DNA of 64,000 nt from Candidatus Poribacteria bacterium (GCA_965198235.1 OZ240248.1:928001-992000), one strand, 5' to 3'; positions 39,322 to 49,696 are shown, numbered from the stretch's first letter. Notes: generated from the letters alone by a model not told the origin. Numbers and translations: made by a program.

Positions 39322-40785
39322 CTACGCTTGACTGAGGTTATCATCTGAATCGTCAGTTTCTTGTTTGTAAGCGTCTAACTTGCGGTGCAGTGTTCGGACC
39401 CCGATGTCAAGAATCTTCGCCGCCTCCGTTTTATTGCCGCCTACTTCTACGAGCGTCTTTTGGATAGCCGCTCGCTCAATTTCTGCCATTGTCATACCGA
39501 CCCTGCCGATGATTTGTTCTTCATCAAGCACGGGTAGATACTCGCCTTGCGCTTGTGAACCGTCCCGCTGTTCCACCGGTGCAGCGATCGGCAAAACTCC
39601 ATTCTGTGCCCGATTCTGAAGCACTTTGGCTATCGTTGAAAGCACTTCCAATGCTTTTTTGAGCACGCCTGCAGCGTCGTCCGTTTCACTAATTTGCATC
39701 CAACTGGTATCTTCATCTGGGATTAGGAACGGCATCTCATGGCTCGCGGTAGCGGTTGGCTCCAGCAAACGGATTGCAGAGAGGATAAGCCCCAAAATCG
39801 TCTTGTAAATCGCCATGTTTTCTGTTGCGATTGCACTACCAGAGGTATCAACAACCTGTAATGACCCTCCCGGCAGATTAAGAAATTCAGTTCCTTCGGT
39901 GGTTGCGTCAACTACTTGTGTAGGTGCGAGTTGCGTGCCTGAGGCTTGCACAGGAAGTAAGGCAACCTGTCCAGATTCCGAATCCAACGGGAAATCTTTA
40001 AGTTGCAGTTCTTCAGTAGTGGACAGAATAATAGCAGTTTCTACGGCATTTCTAAGTTCACGAACGTTGCCGAACCAGTCAGCATTTTGGAGATAATTGC
40101 GTGCTTCTTGGGTTATGCCGGTAATGGGTTTACCGTGTTCTGCGCTTAACTCGGAGATGAACGCAGAGACGAAAAGCGGGATATCCTCGCGCCGATCGCG
40201 CAGGGGTGGAATCTGGATACGAAAAAGGTTCAGTCGGTAGTAGAGGTCTTGCCTAAATTTCTTTTGCCTAACTGATGTCTCAAGGTCAATATTTGTGGCG
40301 GCGATAATTCGGACATCGACATTAATATTTCTTTCGCCACCGAGCCGTGTGAATTCCTGTGTCTCAAGGACACGCAGGAATTTCACCTGCACTTCAGGCG
40401 ACATTTCGCCTATCTCATCCAAAAACAGTGTGCCGCCGTCCGCTTGTTCAAACACACCCCGCCGTTGGCGCGTTGCTCCTGTAAAAGATCCTTTCTCGTG
40501 ACCGAAGAGTTCACTTTGAAGGAGGTCTTGGTAGAACGCGCCGCAGTTGACCGCTTTAAAGGGTCGGTTTTTACGTGGGCTACTTTCGTGGATCGCTCCC
40601 GCGATGACATCTTTGCCAACACCCGTTTCGCCCGTGATGAGGACAGTCGCTTTCGTCGGTGCGACTTGCGCGACCTGGCGCAAAACCGTCTGCATCGGTG
40701 CGGATTCGCCGATAATGCGTCGTGAATTAGCGGTGGTAACAGGTATTGGAAGACTCATCTTTCCTTGCCCTTCTACAACATCCAA
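39322..40785 (-). CDS. Sigma-54-dependent transcriptional activator (AAA+ and Fis HTH) without N-terminal sensor domain
   Basis: GETGVGKD, SELFGHEKGSFTGA, LFLDEIGE, FRQDLYYRL, GNVREL; C-terminal GGNKTEAAKILDIGVRTLHRKL. Confidence 0.92.
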   Translation of the reverse strand: MDVVEGQGKMSLPIPVTTANSRRIIGESAPMQTVLRQVAQVAPTKATVLITGETGVGKDVIAGAIHESSPRKNRPFKAVNCGAFYQDLLQSELFGHEKGSFTGATRQRRGVFEQADGGTLFLDEIGEMSPEVQVKFLRVLETQEFTRLGGERNINVDVRIIAATNIDLETSVRQKKFRQDLYYRLNLFRIQIPPLRDRREDIPLFVSAFISELSAEHGKPITGITQEARNYLQNADWFGNVRELRNAVETAIILSTTEELQLKDFPLDSESGQVALLPVQASGTQLAPTQVVDATTEGTEFLNLPGGSLQVVDTSGSAIATENMAIYKTILGLILSAIRLLEPTATASHEMPFLIPDEDTSWMQISETDDAAGVLKKALEVLSTIAKVLQNRAQNGVLPIAAPVEQRDGSQAQGEYLPVLDEEQIIGRVGMTMAEIERAAIQKTLVEVGGNKTEAAKILDIGVRTLHRKLDAYKQETDDSDDNLSQA

Positions 40786-40793
40786 AGTTATGT

Positions 40794-41498
40794 TTATCTG
40801 TTAGCAAGTGCGATGTTAGGAACCAGTTGTGGATTCTGTCTAACCTTTTCAAAGACGCGAAATCCGTCTCGACACACGAATTCACATAATTTTTTGAATA
40901 CAAACCCTTTAAGGGCAACCCCCATGACTCCAAGCTCACGTGCTAAACCGCTGCCAGCTGGAACGAAATGGACATTTGGTGAATCAGGAATCAATTTCTT
41001 GTACCCTATACCAAGCAGAAAAATTTGGGTAACCCTATTGGGAACCTCAAGGGGGAGTTGCAATGCTTGGACATATTCTTTACCCAATAAGAAGAAAACG
41101 AGGTCATAACCAACGATTAAGGTTTCTACGTGTTTATGGAGTTGAAGGCTATTGCTACGTGCTAAAAGATTGCCTTTGTTAAGCCCTGAAAATGTGACGT
41201 TGTAAGGAACAATAACATCATCTTCAGCAAGCAATCCGTATCCAGCAGAAATAATATATAAATCAACAACTGCCGATCCATAAACCTTCCGAACTTCTTC
41301 CAATCCTGCCATCAGATGTTGATGTTGTTGACCTGTGTACATCTCGGCAGCAGGAATTTCAAAATCTTTCAACTCTGCTGTTCGCCGGTGAAGACGCTCT
41401 GGTGAAGCAAAATCTTCATACTTGAGTTGGTTCGGGAGTTTATGTTTTTTTCGACCTGTGCAAGAGGTAATAACCAATATACGCATAAATCCAGTCAT
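40794..41498 (-). CDS. DUF6884/YaaA-like protein
   Basis: ITSCTGRK, PAAEMYTG, IISAGYGLL, IVPYNVTF. Family assigned from motif memory. Confidence 0.6.
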   Translation of the reverse strand: MTGFMRILVITSCTGRKKHKLPNQLKYEDFASPERLHRRTAELKDFEIPAAEMYTGQQHQHLMAGLEEVRKVYGSAVVDLYIISAGYGLLAEDDVIVPYNVTFSGLNKGNLLARSNSLQLHKHVETLIVGYDLVFFLLGKEYVQALQLPLEVPNRVTQIFLLGIGYKKLIPDSPNVHFVPAGSGLARELGVMGVALKGFVFKKLCEFVCRDGFRVFEKVRQNPQLVPNIALANR

Positions 41499-42244
41499 TA
41501 CTGCTGATTATGTGCGATTTCAATTAACTGCTGGGGATCTTGTTTGACTTGTTCAAACACACCGAAGCCGTCACGACACGCAGCTTCACACAGCCGCCTC
41601 AGGACAACCCCTTTCAGTGCCCAATTTGTGGTGCGAATGCTTTTCTGCAGAGCACTTCCAGTTTCAACAACGTGGACATTCGGCAATTCTTCGTTCACGA
41701 CGCGCTTGTGACTCGGTGCAAGCAAGAAAATCAGCGTTGTCGCCCGCTCCACCTCAAAAACGCGTTGTAGTGAGAGAATATCGTCTGGTCTCAATAGCAA
41801 AAAAACGAGGTCGTAACTCTCTATTAAATCTACCATCTGCTCAGGGATGCCACTCTCACCGAATTCTAATACCTCAAGCTCGTGAAGTGGAGCCGTATCG
41901 AAAGGCACGATAACATCTTCTTCGTTAACTGGACTCTTTTGCCCATCAACGCGGCAGAAATACCACGGAAAATACAGATCGAGCGTTGTCTCACCGGACT
42001 GCGCGTGTTCCCGAATTTGTTTTAACCCTTCCCGTAATTGGGCATTCAAAGGTCCCGTAAACATCTCTCCAGCGGGCGCGCTGTAGTCTCGACTTTCATG
42101 ATACCATCCCTCATCGTTGTAACCACAGAGTTCTTTTATGCGCCGCTCAAGGTGCTCAGGCGAACTGCAATCTTCACCTCGAAGGAGATTATCGGGTTTA
42201 TATTTTTGCCCTGTCGTATAAGGGCTCAAGACCAATATTTTCAT
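41498..42244 (-). CDS. Divergent paralog of the downstream DUF6884-like protein
   Basis: Shared SPE.L.RR..EL, PA.EM.TG, DVIVP, YDLVF.LL, PNVH.V..GS.L, ALKG.V..LCE..CRDGF.VFE.V.Q.PQ. Stop overlaps the next start. Confidence 0.65.
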   Translation of the reverse strand: MKILVLSPYTTGQKYKPDNLLRGEDCSSPEHLERRIKELCGYNDEGWYHESRDYSAPAGEMFTGPLNAQLREGLKQIREHAQSGETTLDLYFPWYFCRVDGQKSPVNEEDVIVPFDTAPLHELEVLEFGESGIPEQMVDLIESYDLVFLLLRPDDILSLQRVFEVERATTLIFLLAPSHKRVVNEELPNVHVVETGSALQKSIRTTNWALKGVVLRRLCEAACRDGFGVFEQVKQDPQQLIEIAHNQQ

Positions 42245-42382
42245 GTGAATGACTTTCAGTTGGTTTGTTGGGTTTCGCTATCTCTATCTACACAAACGTA
42301 GCATTGAAAACCAGAAGCTTCCCTATAAATAAGAGACCCCTTCTCTTTTAACGCTCAACCCAACCTACGTTTCCTCACGTTA

Positions 42383-43555
42383 TTAGGCTGGTTGCTGTCC
42401 TCGATTCCAGAGATACAGGATCGGACTCGCGATGAATACTGAAGAGTATGTACCTACCAATATACCCACGATGAGTGCCAAGGCGAACGTGTTAATTTCC
42501 TCGCCCGAACCGGTGATGAGGAAGATAACCAGAACAACAAACAGCGTTGTCAACGACGTGATAACGGTTCGATTCAGCGACTGGTTGATGCTTCTGTTCA
42601 AAACTGTAACGTAGTCAGTACCGCGTAAGGATTGCGTATTTTCCCGAATCCGGTCGAATACGACGATTGTATCATTGAGCGAATAACCAATAATCGTGAG
42701 GAATGCGGCAACAGTTGGTAGATTAATCTCCTTTGACAGAACGGCAAAGACACCCAAGGTAATGACGACATCGTGTACAAGCGCGGCGATTGCGCCGATG
42801 GCAAAACGGAACTCAAACCGCCAAGAGATATACAGTAACAAAATAGCAATCGCACCAAGCACTGACCAAAGTGCCGCCAATTTAAGGTCGCGTCCAACAC
42901 TCGGTCCGACTTCAGAGATATTGACACCGCCAGCGAGTGCTTGCCAGCCCCCAGGTGATCGAAAGTCACCTTCAAGTAAGACATCTGTGAGAATTCTGCC
43001 GACACTTGCCTGGACTTGGATAGTGGCGTTTTCACTTAAGTCAATTTCGAAGGGTCTTGCGAACGTCAACTGAATTGTCCCATTTTCGGTAGCATCATCA
43101 CGTGCGATAATCTCATTGCGTTGTTGCATACTGCCATCAATGAGTTGGACAGTTTCACCTATCTCCAATAGATGCGCTTTCTGGGCAGTACGACTCACTT
43201 GAAGATCGGTAGCGGTCGTATCACCCGGATCTGTCATAATAGGGATATTAATCAACTGCTGCTGAAATTCAGGGCGATACCCCATAGAAACGAATGCCTC
43301 GTTTTTGCTGGCATCTATCTGTATCTTAACACGTTCGTAGCCGATTTCGGTGAGTTTGGCTTGCAGCTCGGCTTCAGTGACCGCCCTGTTGAATTTGGCT
43401 TGGATCTTAACGCCGCCACGGAAATCAATGCCGAAGTTTGGTCCTTGATGAATCACGAGGAAAACCAAACCGATAACGATGATCACCGCTGAGAAGACAA
43501 AACCGGTCCGGTGTTTACTGATAAAATCGAAGTTTGTATCTTTAAGTAATTCCAT
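42383..43555 (-). CDS. secF: Protein translocase subunit SecF
   Basis: GIDFRGG, VGPSVG, YISWRFE, HDV, IGYSLNDTIVVFDRIRE, GTYSSVFIA. Confidence 0.96.
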   Translation of the reverse strand: MELLKDTNFDFISKHRTGFVFSAVIIVIGLVFLVIHQGPNFGIDFRGGVKIQAKFNRAVTEAELQAKLTEIGYERVKIQIDASKNEAFVSMGYRPEFQQQLINIPIMTDPGDTTATDLQVSRTAQKAHLLEIGETVQLIDGSMQQRNEIIARDDATENGTIQLTFARPFEIDLSENATIQVQASVGRILTDVLLEGDFRSPGGWQALAGGVNISEVGPSVGRDLKLAALWSVLGAIAILLLYISWRFEFRFAIGAIAALVHDVVITLGVFAVLSKEINLPTVAAFLTIIGYSLNDTIVVFDRIRENTQSLRGTDYVTVLNRSINQSLNRTVITSLTTLFVVLVIFLITGSGEEINTFALALIVGILVGTYSSVFIASPILYLWNRGQQPA

Positions 43556-43807
43556 ATTTTTAACTATGAGCCTCTGGGCACCCTTCCACTTTTTAATTTA
43601 TGGGATCCTGGGCATCGTTCCACTTCGTTTCACGATGGTTTCTGGAGAAGTAAAGAGCCTGCTTCGGATTATTAGCTATTAGCTATCAGCTATCAGTGAA
43701 AAGGTAGGTTTGCAACAAACCACCCTCTCCCTGAAGTACTCCAAGATGGGTAGATTGTTACAAGAAACCCTCTTAACTGACTGCCGATGACTAAAGACTG
43801 ACAGCCA

Positions 43808-45754
43808 TTAAATGCTGAGTTTTTGCACGTCCCTATTTCCAATTATCAAGCCGTATATCTCGCGTGTGACAATAATCGCCGTGAACATACTCGCGAGGAT
43901 ACCAATGCCGAGTGTTACCGCAAATCCTTTAATCGGACCCGTCCCGAAATGATAGAGGACAAGTGCGGTAAAGAACGTCGTAAGATTGGCATCTATAATC
44001 GTTATAAATGCGCGCTGATAGCCGCTCGTGATAGCCGGCCAGACGGTTTTGCCGGTTCGCAATTCTTCGCGAATCCGCTCGAAGATTAGCACATTCGCAT
44101 CAACAGACATGCCTATAGTTAGGACAAGCCCAGCAATACCGGGTAGTGTCAACGCCGCGCCGAAGCCTGCCAATGCCCCAAGGATGATGAGCATATTAAA
44201 ACCGAGAGCAACAATAGCGACAAGTCCAGAGAAGCGGTAGTAAATCACCATGAAAATGAGGACCCCGCCCAACCCAATGAGTGCAGCGAGGACACCATCG
44301 TTGATGGATTCCTGCCCAAGCGTGGGACCGACAGTGCGTTCCTCGGCGATCTGAACCCCCACTGGAAACGCGCCTGCCTTCAGGATATTGGAAAGGTAAC
44401 TTGCTTCCTCATAAGTGAAATTTCCTTGAATAATGGCGTTTCCGACAATCTGGTCTTGGATGACAGGTGCAGATTGCACTTTACTGTCAAGGAGAATTGC
44501 TAAATGTTCACCAATATGATCACCTGTGACTTGCGCGAATTTGCGTCTGCCGATACTATCAAAACTCATTGAAACGACGATGTCAAAACTGGTTCTACCT
44601 GTAGAGGGTCCAGCATCGTTGATACGGTCGCCGCTCAGGAGAACGGGACTATTTAGGACATACCAGTTGCCGGTTTCGTAGTGATAGCGGACTTCACTAC
44701 CATCTGGAATATTATCAGGTATCGGTGTATCAGAAGTTCCGCTCCACAAACTTCCACCAGTCGGTGATTTCTCAACAAGTTTAAACTCGAGCCTGCCCAT
44801 GGTCTTAACGATTTGTAGTGGCTTCGAGGAGTCTTTAGCACCTGGAAGTTCAACGATGATTCTCGGGTGATTCGCCTCTCGTCGGATAGACGGTTCTGAA
44901 ACACCGAATGCATCAACACGATTTCGCAAAACAATAAGCACCTGCTCAATCGCCTGCTCGCTATACTTCTGAATGCCACGTTCACTGAGTGCTAACTGAT
45001 ACGTGGACTGCGTTTCTGTTTCGGCACTGACCTGTGCATCTTCAAAAAATTCGATTTCGTTAAGGAGACGTTGGGCTTTCTCCAGATACTCCGTCTTTTC
45101 ATTAACATCCGACCGCAGTCTGGAAGGGATTCCGACGAATACGTTTAGTGTGTCTTGTCCTTCTACCTGTTTAACTTCTCGGCATAAAACATCGTCTGTG
45201 CGAAGTCGTTCGGGAATCGAGTGGGTGTGTTCACGGAGCAGTTCCGTTTTGGAGGCTTCCAAATCTACCTCAAGGACAAGGTGGACACCGCCTTTGAGGT
45301 CCAACCCTAACTTCAATCGGCTCGCGGGTATGAGTCGCCGCAGGACCGTTGGGAGGCTGCCGTATAGATGTAAATTGTCAAGTGTTGCGCGTGGGTTCTG
45401 ACGTGCCTTCTCCGAGATGAGCCGAACATAAAATTCGCGTGCTTCAGTGGTATCAAATTCATAATCACGTGTCTCCTCAAGTTCAAGTTTCCTTAAGTGG
45501 ACTCGGAAGACATCCTGAAGTTCAAAGGTGGCATCCTGGAAGTTGATTCCTTCGGGGTACTCGACATCTGCGAGATTTACCTTCAAAGCGTTGTCTTCAG
45601 TGACTTCAAAGGGTGGGAGTTTCTCCTGCATCCAGAGCGGTAGGTTTCCGTACAACGGATTGTAGAAGTTATCCGGGGTAGGAATGAGGTATAGTACGGA
45701 AAACAGAAAGACCCCGAGGATTAAAACAATTTTCCAGATACTGAATCTGTACAT
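43808..45754 (-). CDS. secD: Protein translocase subunit SecD
   Basis: LGLDLKGG, RNRVDAFGVSEP, VGPTLG, LTLPGIAG..LTIGMSVDANVLIFERIREE, GTGPIKGFA. Confidence 0.96.
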   Translation of the reverse strand: MYRFSIWKIVLILGVFLFSVLYLIPTPDNFYNPLYGNLPLWMQEKLPPFEVTEDNALKVNLADVEYPEGINFQDATFELQDVFRVHLRKLELEETRDYEFDTTEAREFYVRLISEKARQNPRATLDNLHLYGSLPTVLRRLIPASRLKLGLDLKGGVHLVLEVDLEASKTELLREHTHSIPERLRTDDVLCREVKQVEGQDTLNVFVGIPSRLRSDVNEKTEYLEKAQRLLNEIEFFEDAQVSAETETQSTYQLALSERGIQKYSEQAIEQVLIVLRNRVDAFGVSEPSIRREANHPRIIVELPGAKDSSKPLQIVKTMGRLEFKLVEKSPTGGSLWSGTSDTPIPDNIPDGSEVRYHYETGNWYVLNSPVLLSGDRINDAGPSTGRTSFDIVVSMSFDSIGRRKFAQVTGDHIGEHLAILLDSKVQSAPVIQDQIVGNAIIQGNFTYEEASYLSNILKAGAFPVGVQIAEERTVGPTLGQESINDGVLAALIGLGGVLIFMVIYYRFSGLVAIVALGFNMLIILGALAGFGAALTLPGIAGLVLTIGMSVDANVLIFERIREELRTGKTVWPAITSGYQRAFITIIDANLTTFFTALVLYHFGTGPIKGFAVTLGIGILASMFTAIIVTREIYGLIIGNRDVQKLSI

Positions 45755-45787
45755 CCAAAATTACTCCTAGACATTAGAATAGTTTTT

Positions 45788-45840
45788 ACCATCAACTCGC
45801 GCCTTTGGAAGATGTGGAAGACGAGTTGATGGTTAAAGTT
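45788..45840. repeat. Inverted-repeat element AACC(A/C)TCAACTCG-N22-24-CGAGTTGA(T/G)GGTT, copy 1 of 3
   Basis: Other copies at 52901-52955 and 60162-60217. Confidence 0.8.
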
Positions 45841-45853
45841 ATCAGTTTTTATG

Positions 45854-45893
45854 GTTGTCTTAATGGCTATCAGCTGACTGCCATTAAGACAAC
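45854..45893 (-). terminator. Perfect 14-bp hairpin just 3' of the tRNA (terminator or processing stem)
   Basis: GTTGTCTTAATGGC...GCCATTAAGACAAC. Confidence 0.5.
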
Positions 45894-45902
45894 TCTTCGA
45901 GA

Positions 45903-45975
45903 CGCGCCTGGGAGGAATCGAACCCCCGACACGAGGCTTAGGAAGCCACTGCTCTATCCAGTGAGCTACAGGCGC
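45903..45975 (-). tRNA. tRNA-Arg (anticodon CCT), CCA not encoded
   Basis: GCGCCTG-TA-GCTC ACTGGATA GAGC-A-GTGGC TT CCT AA GCCTC-GTGTC-GGGGG TTCGATT CCTCC-CAGGCGC-G cloverleaf. Confidence 0.93.
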
Positions 45976-45986
45976 ACGCGTTAATC

Positions 45987-46502
45987 CTAATATTTAATGA
46001 GTGAAAAAATATCGTGGTTTGGAATCTTCTCCCTACCGTTGAGGTCGGTCAATTCAATTAAGAGTGCGATACCAACGATATGGCCTTCCAGTTTCTCAAT
46101 GAGTTCAACCGATGCAGCAAGTGTGCCACCAGTTGCCAAAACGTCATCACATATAAGCACGCTGCTGTGCTTGGGGAAGGCATCTTGATGAATCGCAATC
46201 GTATCATGACCGTACTCAAGATCGTATGTGGCTTCGTGTGTCTCATAAGGCAACTTACCCTTTTTCCGGATAGGGACAAAAGCGGCACCGATCCGATACG
46301 CGAGCGTAGCGGCAAAAATGAAACCGCGCGCCTCAGTTCCAGCAACAACATCAATTGCCTCAAGTTTATAACGGAGTGCAAACTCATCAATTGCTTTATG
46401 GAAAGCAGTTGGGTTCCCTAAAAGTGGCGTGATATCTTTAAATAAAATACCCGGTTTCGGAAAGTCGGGTATTTCTCGAATAAATCGTGAAAAATCGTGC
46501 AT
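45987..46502 (-). CDS. apt: Adenine phosphoribosyltransferase
   Basis: IPDFPKPGILFKDIT, EARGF, RKKGKLP, YDLEYG, DDVLATGGT. Confidence 0.97.
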   Translation of the reverse strand: MHDFSRFIREIPDFPKPGILFKDITPLLGNPTAFHKAIDEFALRYKLEAIDVVAGTEARGFIFAATLAYRIGAAFVPIRKKGKLPYETHEATYDLEYGHDTIAIHQDAFPKHSSVLICDDVLATGGTLAASVELIEKLEGHIVGIALLIELTDLNGREKIPNHDIFSLIKY

Positions 46503-47560
46503 TATGTCCCTTTTTCCTCCTGATGCGGGTGTATCATAATCTTCATCCCTTGTCGGGATTCCATTGCCTCAAAAGCTTCGCCAATTTCAATAAGTGGAAA
46601 ATGGTGTGTGATGAGAGACTTCACACGCACTAAACCTTTTTCAAGAAGCCGTACCGCCAATTCGTGGTGTCGTGGCACACACCCGTGCGACCCTGTGACG
46701 AAACATTCTTTATAGTGGATAACATTGGAGAGAACGCTCATCGGACGCATGGTTTTTGGTAACCCACCAAACAGATTGACGTACCCGCGGTGCGCTACCA
46801 TTTCAACGGCTTGTTCGTGCGCTTCAACGGAAGCACACGTGGTAACGACGATATCGGGTCCCTCGCCTCCGGTTTCCTCCTTGCATCTTTCAATCACGTC
46901 TTCCTCTTCGGAAGCGATATAAGCATCTGCTTCATAGAATTTCGCAATCTCCATTCGGAGTTTGCTGCGTTGTACACCAATCACCTTCGTCGCACCCATA
47001 ACCCGAGCGAGGTCAATCATCATACATCCAATCGGTCCAAGACCGATGATGACGACGGTCTTCCCCAGAGACATGTTAACGAGTTCAAGCCCGTTGATAG
47101 CACAGGCGAGCGGTTCAGCAAGTGCGGCTTCATCAAAACTGAGCGTCGCATCGAACGGTGTAACAGGTCCCTCCTCCAAAACGAGACGGGGAAGTTTCAT
47201 ATATTGTGCGAAAGCACCGGGGATTTGGTAGCCGATGGCGTAGTTGATGTCACAGTTGTTTCCGAGTCCATCTCGGCACCAATGACATTGCCCGCAGGGG
47301 ACATCAGCACCGATTGAAACTCGATCGCCTTCTTTGACGCGCGTCACATTTTTGCCTGTTTTAACGATGACACCGGAATTTTCATGTCCAATGATGGTGG
47401 GTGGTTTGACTCTTGGATTCCCGTGATGAAGAATACGAACATCAGAGCCACATATACTGACGGCTTCAATGCGCATCAAAGCGGCATCATCGTCAATTTC
47501 GGGTTCAGGTACCTCTTTCACACTTAAGTTATCAAGACTTTCAAGTATAGCTGCTTTCAT
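46502..47560 (-). CDS. Zinc-dependent (sugar) alcohol dehydrogenase
   Basis: ICGSD, GHE, C..C.WC...NC, EPLAC, GLGPIG. Start corrected to MKAAILE (47560); the annotated extension is a translated repeat. Confidence 0.9.
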   Translation of the reverse strand: MKAAILESLDNLSVKEVPEPEIDDDAALMRIEAVSICGSDVRILHHGNPRVKPPTIIGHENSGVIVKTGKNVTRVKEGDRVSIGADVPCGQCHWCRDGLGNNCDINYAIGYQIPGAFAQYMKLPRLVLEEGPVTPFDATLSFDEAALAEPLACAINGLELVNMSLGKTVVIIGLGPIGCMMIDLARVMGATKVIGVQRSKLRMEIAKFYEADAYIASEEEDVIERCKEETGGEGPDIVVTTCASVEAHEQAVEMVAHRGYVNLFGGLPKTMRPMSVLSNVIHYKECFVTGSHGCVPRHHELAVRLLEKGLVRVKSLITHHFPLIEIGEAFEAMESRQGMKIMIHPHQEEKGT

Positions 47561-47724
47561 TTTTCTAACTATGGGACTCCGATCTGCCCTCCACTTCGTT
47601 TCGGGCAGGTGTCTGGTCCAATTCACACAAGGGTGGATCCACTCAAACTCCTCGTACTTTAACAGAAACCACTGTGAAAGGTAGTGGAACAGTGACCAGA
47701 TTCAATTATTAAAAATACTCGTTC

Positions 47725-48780
47725 TCACTGCGAAGCAGGATGAATCAAGACTTTTGCATAAAATTCACTTTTGTCTCGCATCTTATGTAACATGTCAGCA
47801 CTATCAACCAGCGGAACTTTGTGCGTTACCAGAGGTGTGAGCGTTAGCATACCAGAGGCAATCGCTTGGAGAACAGTACGCCAGTCATCGTCATTGCCCG
47901 CCGCGCTGTAATCGGAATTCCAAGTTCCGAAGACAGACACCTCACGCCGCATTAATTGTGAGATAAGAGATGCCGGTAGCGTCACATCTGCAGCGGGATT
48001 GCCGAGAAAAACGACACTCCCTCCGCGTCCTACACTCCCCAGCGCATTCCGATAGGTAGCAGGGACACCTGCCGCCTCAATACAAACATGCGCACCCTTT
48101 TCATCGGTCCGGGCATTCACGACTTCAATTGGCTCTTCAGTCGCGCTATTGAAAACTTTATCGAAACCGAGTCGCTTCGCCAGTTCCAGTTTCTCCGCAA
48201 CAATATCAAAGAGAAATACCTCTGCCGCGCCCATTATTCTTGTCCATTGTGCTACCATTAACCCGATCGGTCCCGCACCGAAGACAGCGACTATCTTTCC
48301 AGCGAGCGAGGTTTGAACACGACGGAGTGCATGCAGGGCAACTGCGGCGGGTTCTGTCATTGATGCCTCTTCCAGCGTCACTCCTTGCGGTACAGGTATC
48401 AAATTCGCCTTCGGTGCGACGACAAATTCAGCGAAGGCACCATCGCTTCGTGAACCGAGGTAGTCATAATCATGGCATTGGACATATTTCCCCTGTTCAC
48501 ACGCCGGACACGTGCCACACCAGAGCAATGGAAAGACGACGACAGGATCCCCTGGAGCAAAATCTTCAACCCCAGGACCACACGTATCAACAACGCCAGC
48601 GAATTCGTGCCCACAAACCGTTGGAAAACTATAGGTGCCTTTGACAAAAATTCTCGGAATATCGGAACCACAGACCCCACAGAACCCAATTCGGACGCGC
48701 ACCTCCCCTTCAGCGAGAGGCGGCACTGGAATTTGTTCTAATCGTAAATCTCCAATTCCGTGGAGGACAAGGGCTTCCAT
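47725..48780 (-). CDS. Galactitol-1-phosphate 5-dehydrogenase-like Zn-ADH
   Basis: CGSDIPR, GHEFAG, YDYLGSRSDGAFAE, GAGPIG, GTWNS. Confidence 0.88.
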   Translation of the reverse strand: MEALVLHGIGDLRLEQIPVPPLAEGEVRVRIGFCGVCGSDIPRIFVKGTYSFPTVCGHEFAGVVDTCGPGVEDFAPGDPVVVFPLLWCGTCPACEQGKYVQCHDYDYLGSRSDGAFAEFVVAPKANLIPVPQGVTLEEASMTEPAAVALHALRRVQTSLAGKIVAVFGAGPIGLMVAQWTRIMGAAEVFLFDIVAEKLELAKRLGFDKVFNSATEEPIEVVNARTDEKGAHVCIEAAGVPATYRNALGSVGRGGSVVFLGNPAADVTLPASLISQLMRREVSVFGTWNSDYSAAGNDDDWRTVLQAIASGMLTLTPLVTHKVPLVDSADMLHKMRDKSEFYAKVLIHPASQ

Positions 48781-48866
48781 TTTTTAAATGATTCGGCTCC
48801 CGGGCATCGCCTTTTAATTTATTGGCTCCTGGGCGTTGTTCCACTTCGTTTCACAACGGTTTCTGG

Positions 48867-49682
48867 TCAATTAGCTGGGTTCTCAACAAAAGGCTTAGAA
48901 GATCCGAAACGCCCGCCTTCTCTTTCTGAGAGCCCCAGTGCAACCGCTTTCTGTGCCCGCTGAACGTTCTCAAGCCGTGAACCCGATTTTTGAAAAACGC
49001 TACTGGTTCCGCCGACTAAGATATCTGCACCCGCAGATACCATTTTGGGGATATTCTCAAAACTCACGTTGCCATCAACTTCAATAGGTAAATCGACACC
49101 GCGTTCGTTCAAAAAAGCACGACATTCCGCGATTTTTCGGAGGGTCGCCGGTACTAACTTCTGTCCTGCAAACCCCGGATTCACCGTCATAATCAGCACA
49201 AAATCAAGCCGTTCCAGAACATAAGCCAATGCAGAGAGCGGTGTTGCGGGGTTGAGAGCTGCTCCTGCCTTGATTCCATGTGCTCGAATCAGAGATAACG
49301 TTCTATCAAGATGTATTGCTGACTCAACGTGAACGGCTATCTGCTGCACACCAATCTCAGCGACTGCATCGACAAAGAAATCGTTGTTTTCTACCATGAG
49401 GTGAATGTCAAAAGCACAGTCTGTCTTTGAGCGTAATTGTTGAATAAGTGCGAGTCCGATCGGCATATTCGGGACAAAATGCGCGTCCATTAAGTCAAAA
49501 TGTAGCATGTTAACGCCAGCAGCTTCTAATTCCCGAATATCGGCTTCTAAGTTGCATAAATCCGCGCACATCACCGATGGTGCAATGTGGATGTCCGGTT
49601 CTGAAAACGCCGTATTTACAACAGACAAAATAGTACTCCCAAACGTCAAAATTTCTGTGCTTTTCCTAAGGTAGGCTTGCAA
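48867..49682 (-). CDS. Ribulose-phosphate 3-epimerase family (Rpe/AlsE-like)
   Basis: IAPSVMCAD, HFDLMDAHFVPN, DIHLM, ALNPATP, MTVNPGFAGQ, IEVDG. True start may be about 49628. Confidence 0.92.
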   Translation of the reverse strand: MQAYLRKSTEILTFGSTILSVVNTAFSEPDIHIAPSVMCADLCNLEADIRELEAAGVNMLHFDLMDAHFVPNMPIGLALIQQLRSKTDCAFDIHLMVENNDFFVDAVAEIGVQQIAVHVESAIHLDRTLSLIRAHGIKAGAALNPATPLSALAYVLERLDFVLIMTVNPGFAGQKLVPATLRKIAECRAFLNERGVDLPIEVDGNVSFENIPKMVSAGADILVGGTSSVFQKSGSRLENVQRAQKAVALGLSEREGGRFGSSKPFVENPAN

Positions 49683-49696
49683 ATGAAACCGTTAAT

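Noticed and set aside
45903-45975. tRNA-Arg as an integration site for a prophage or island
   Set aside because: No integrase and no duplicated tRNA 3' end were seen; it is flanked by housekeeping apt and secD.
47561-47626. N-terminal extensions in the ORF track (also 50785-50862, 21345-21521, 3350-3421, 23331-23429)
   Set aside because: They translate repeat or promoter DNA; downstream starts match family N-termini or have better RBSs.
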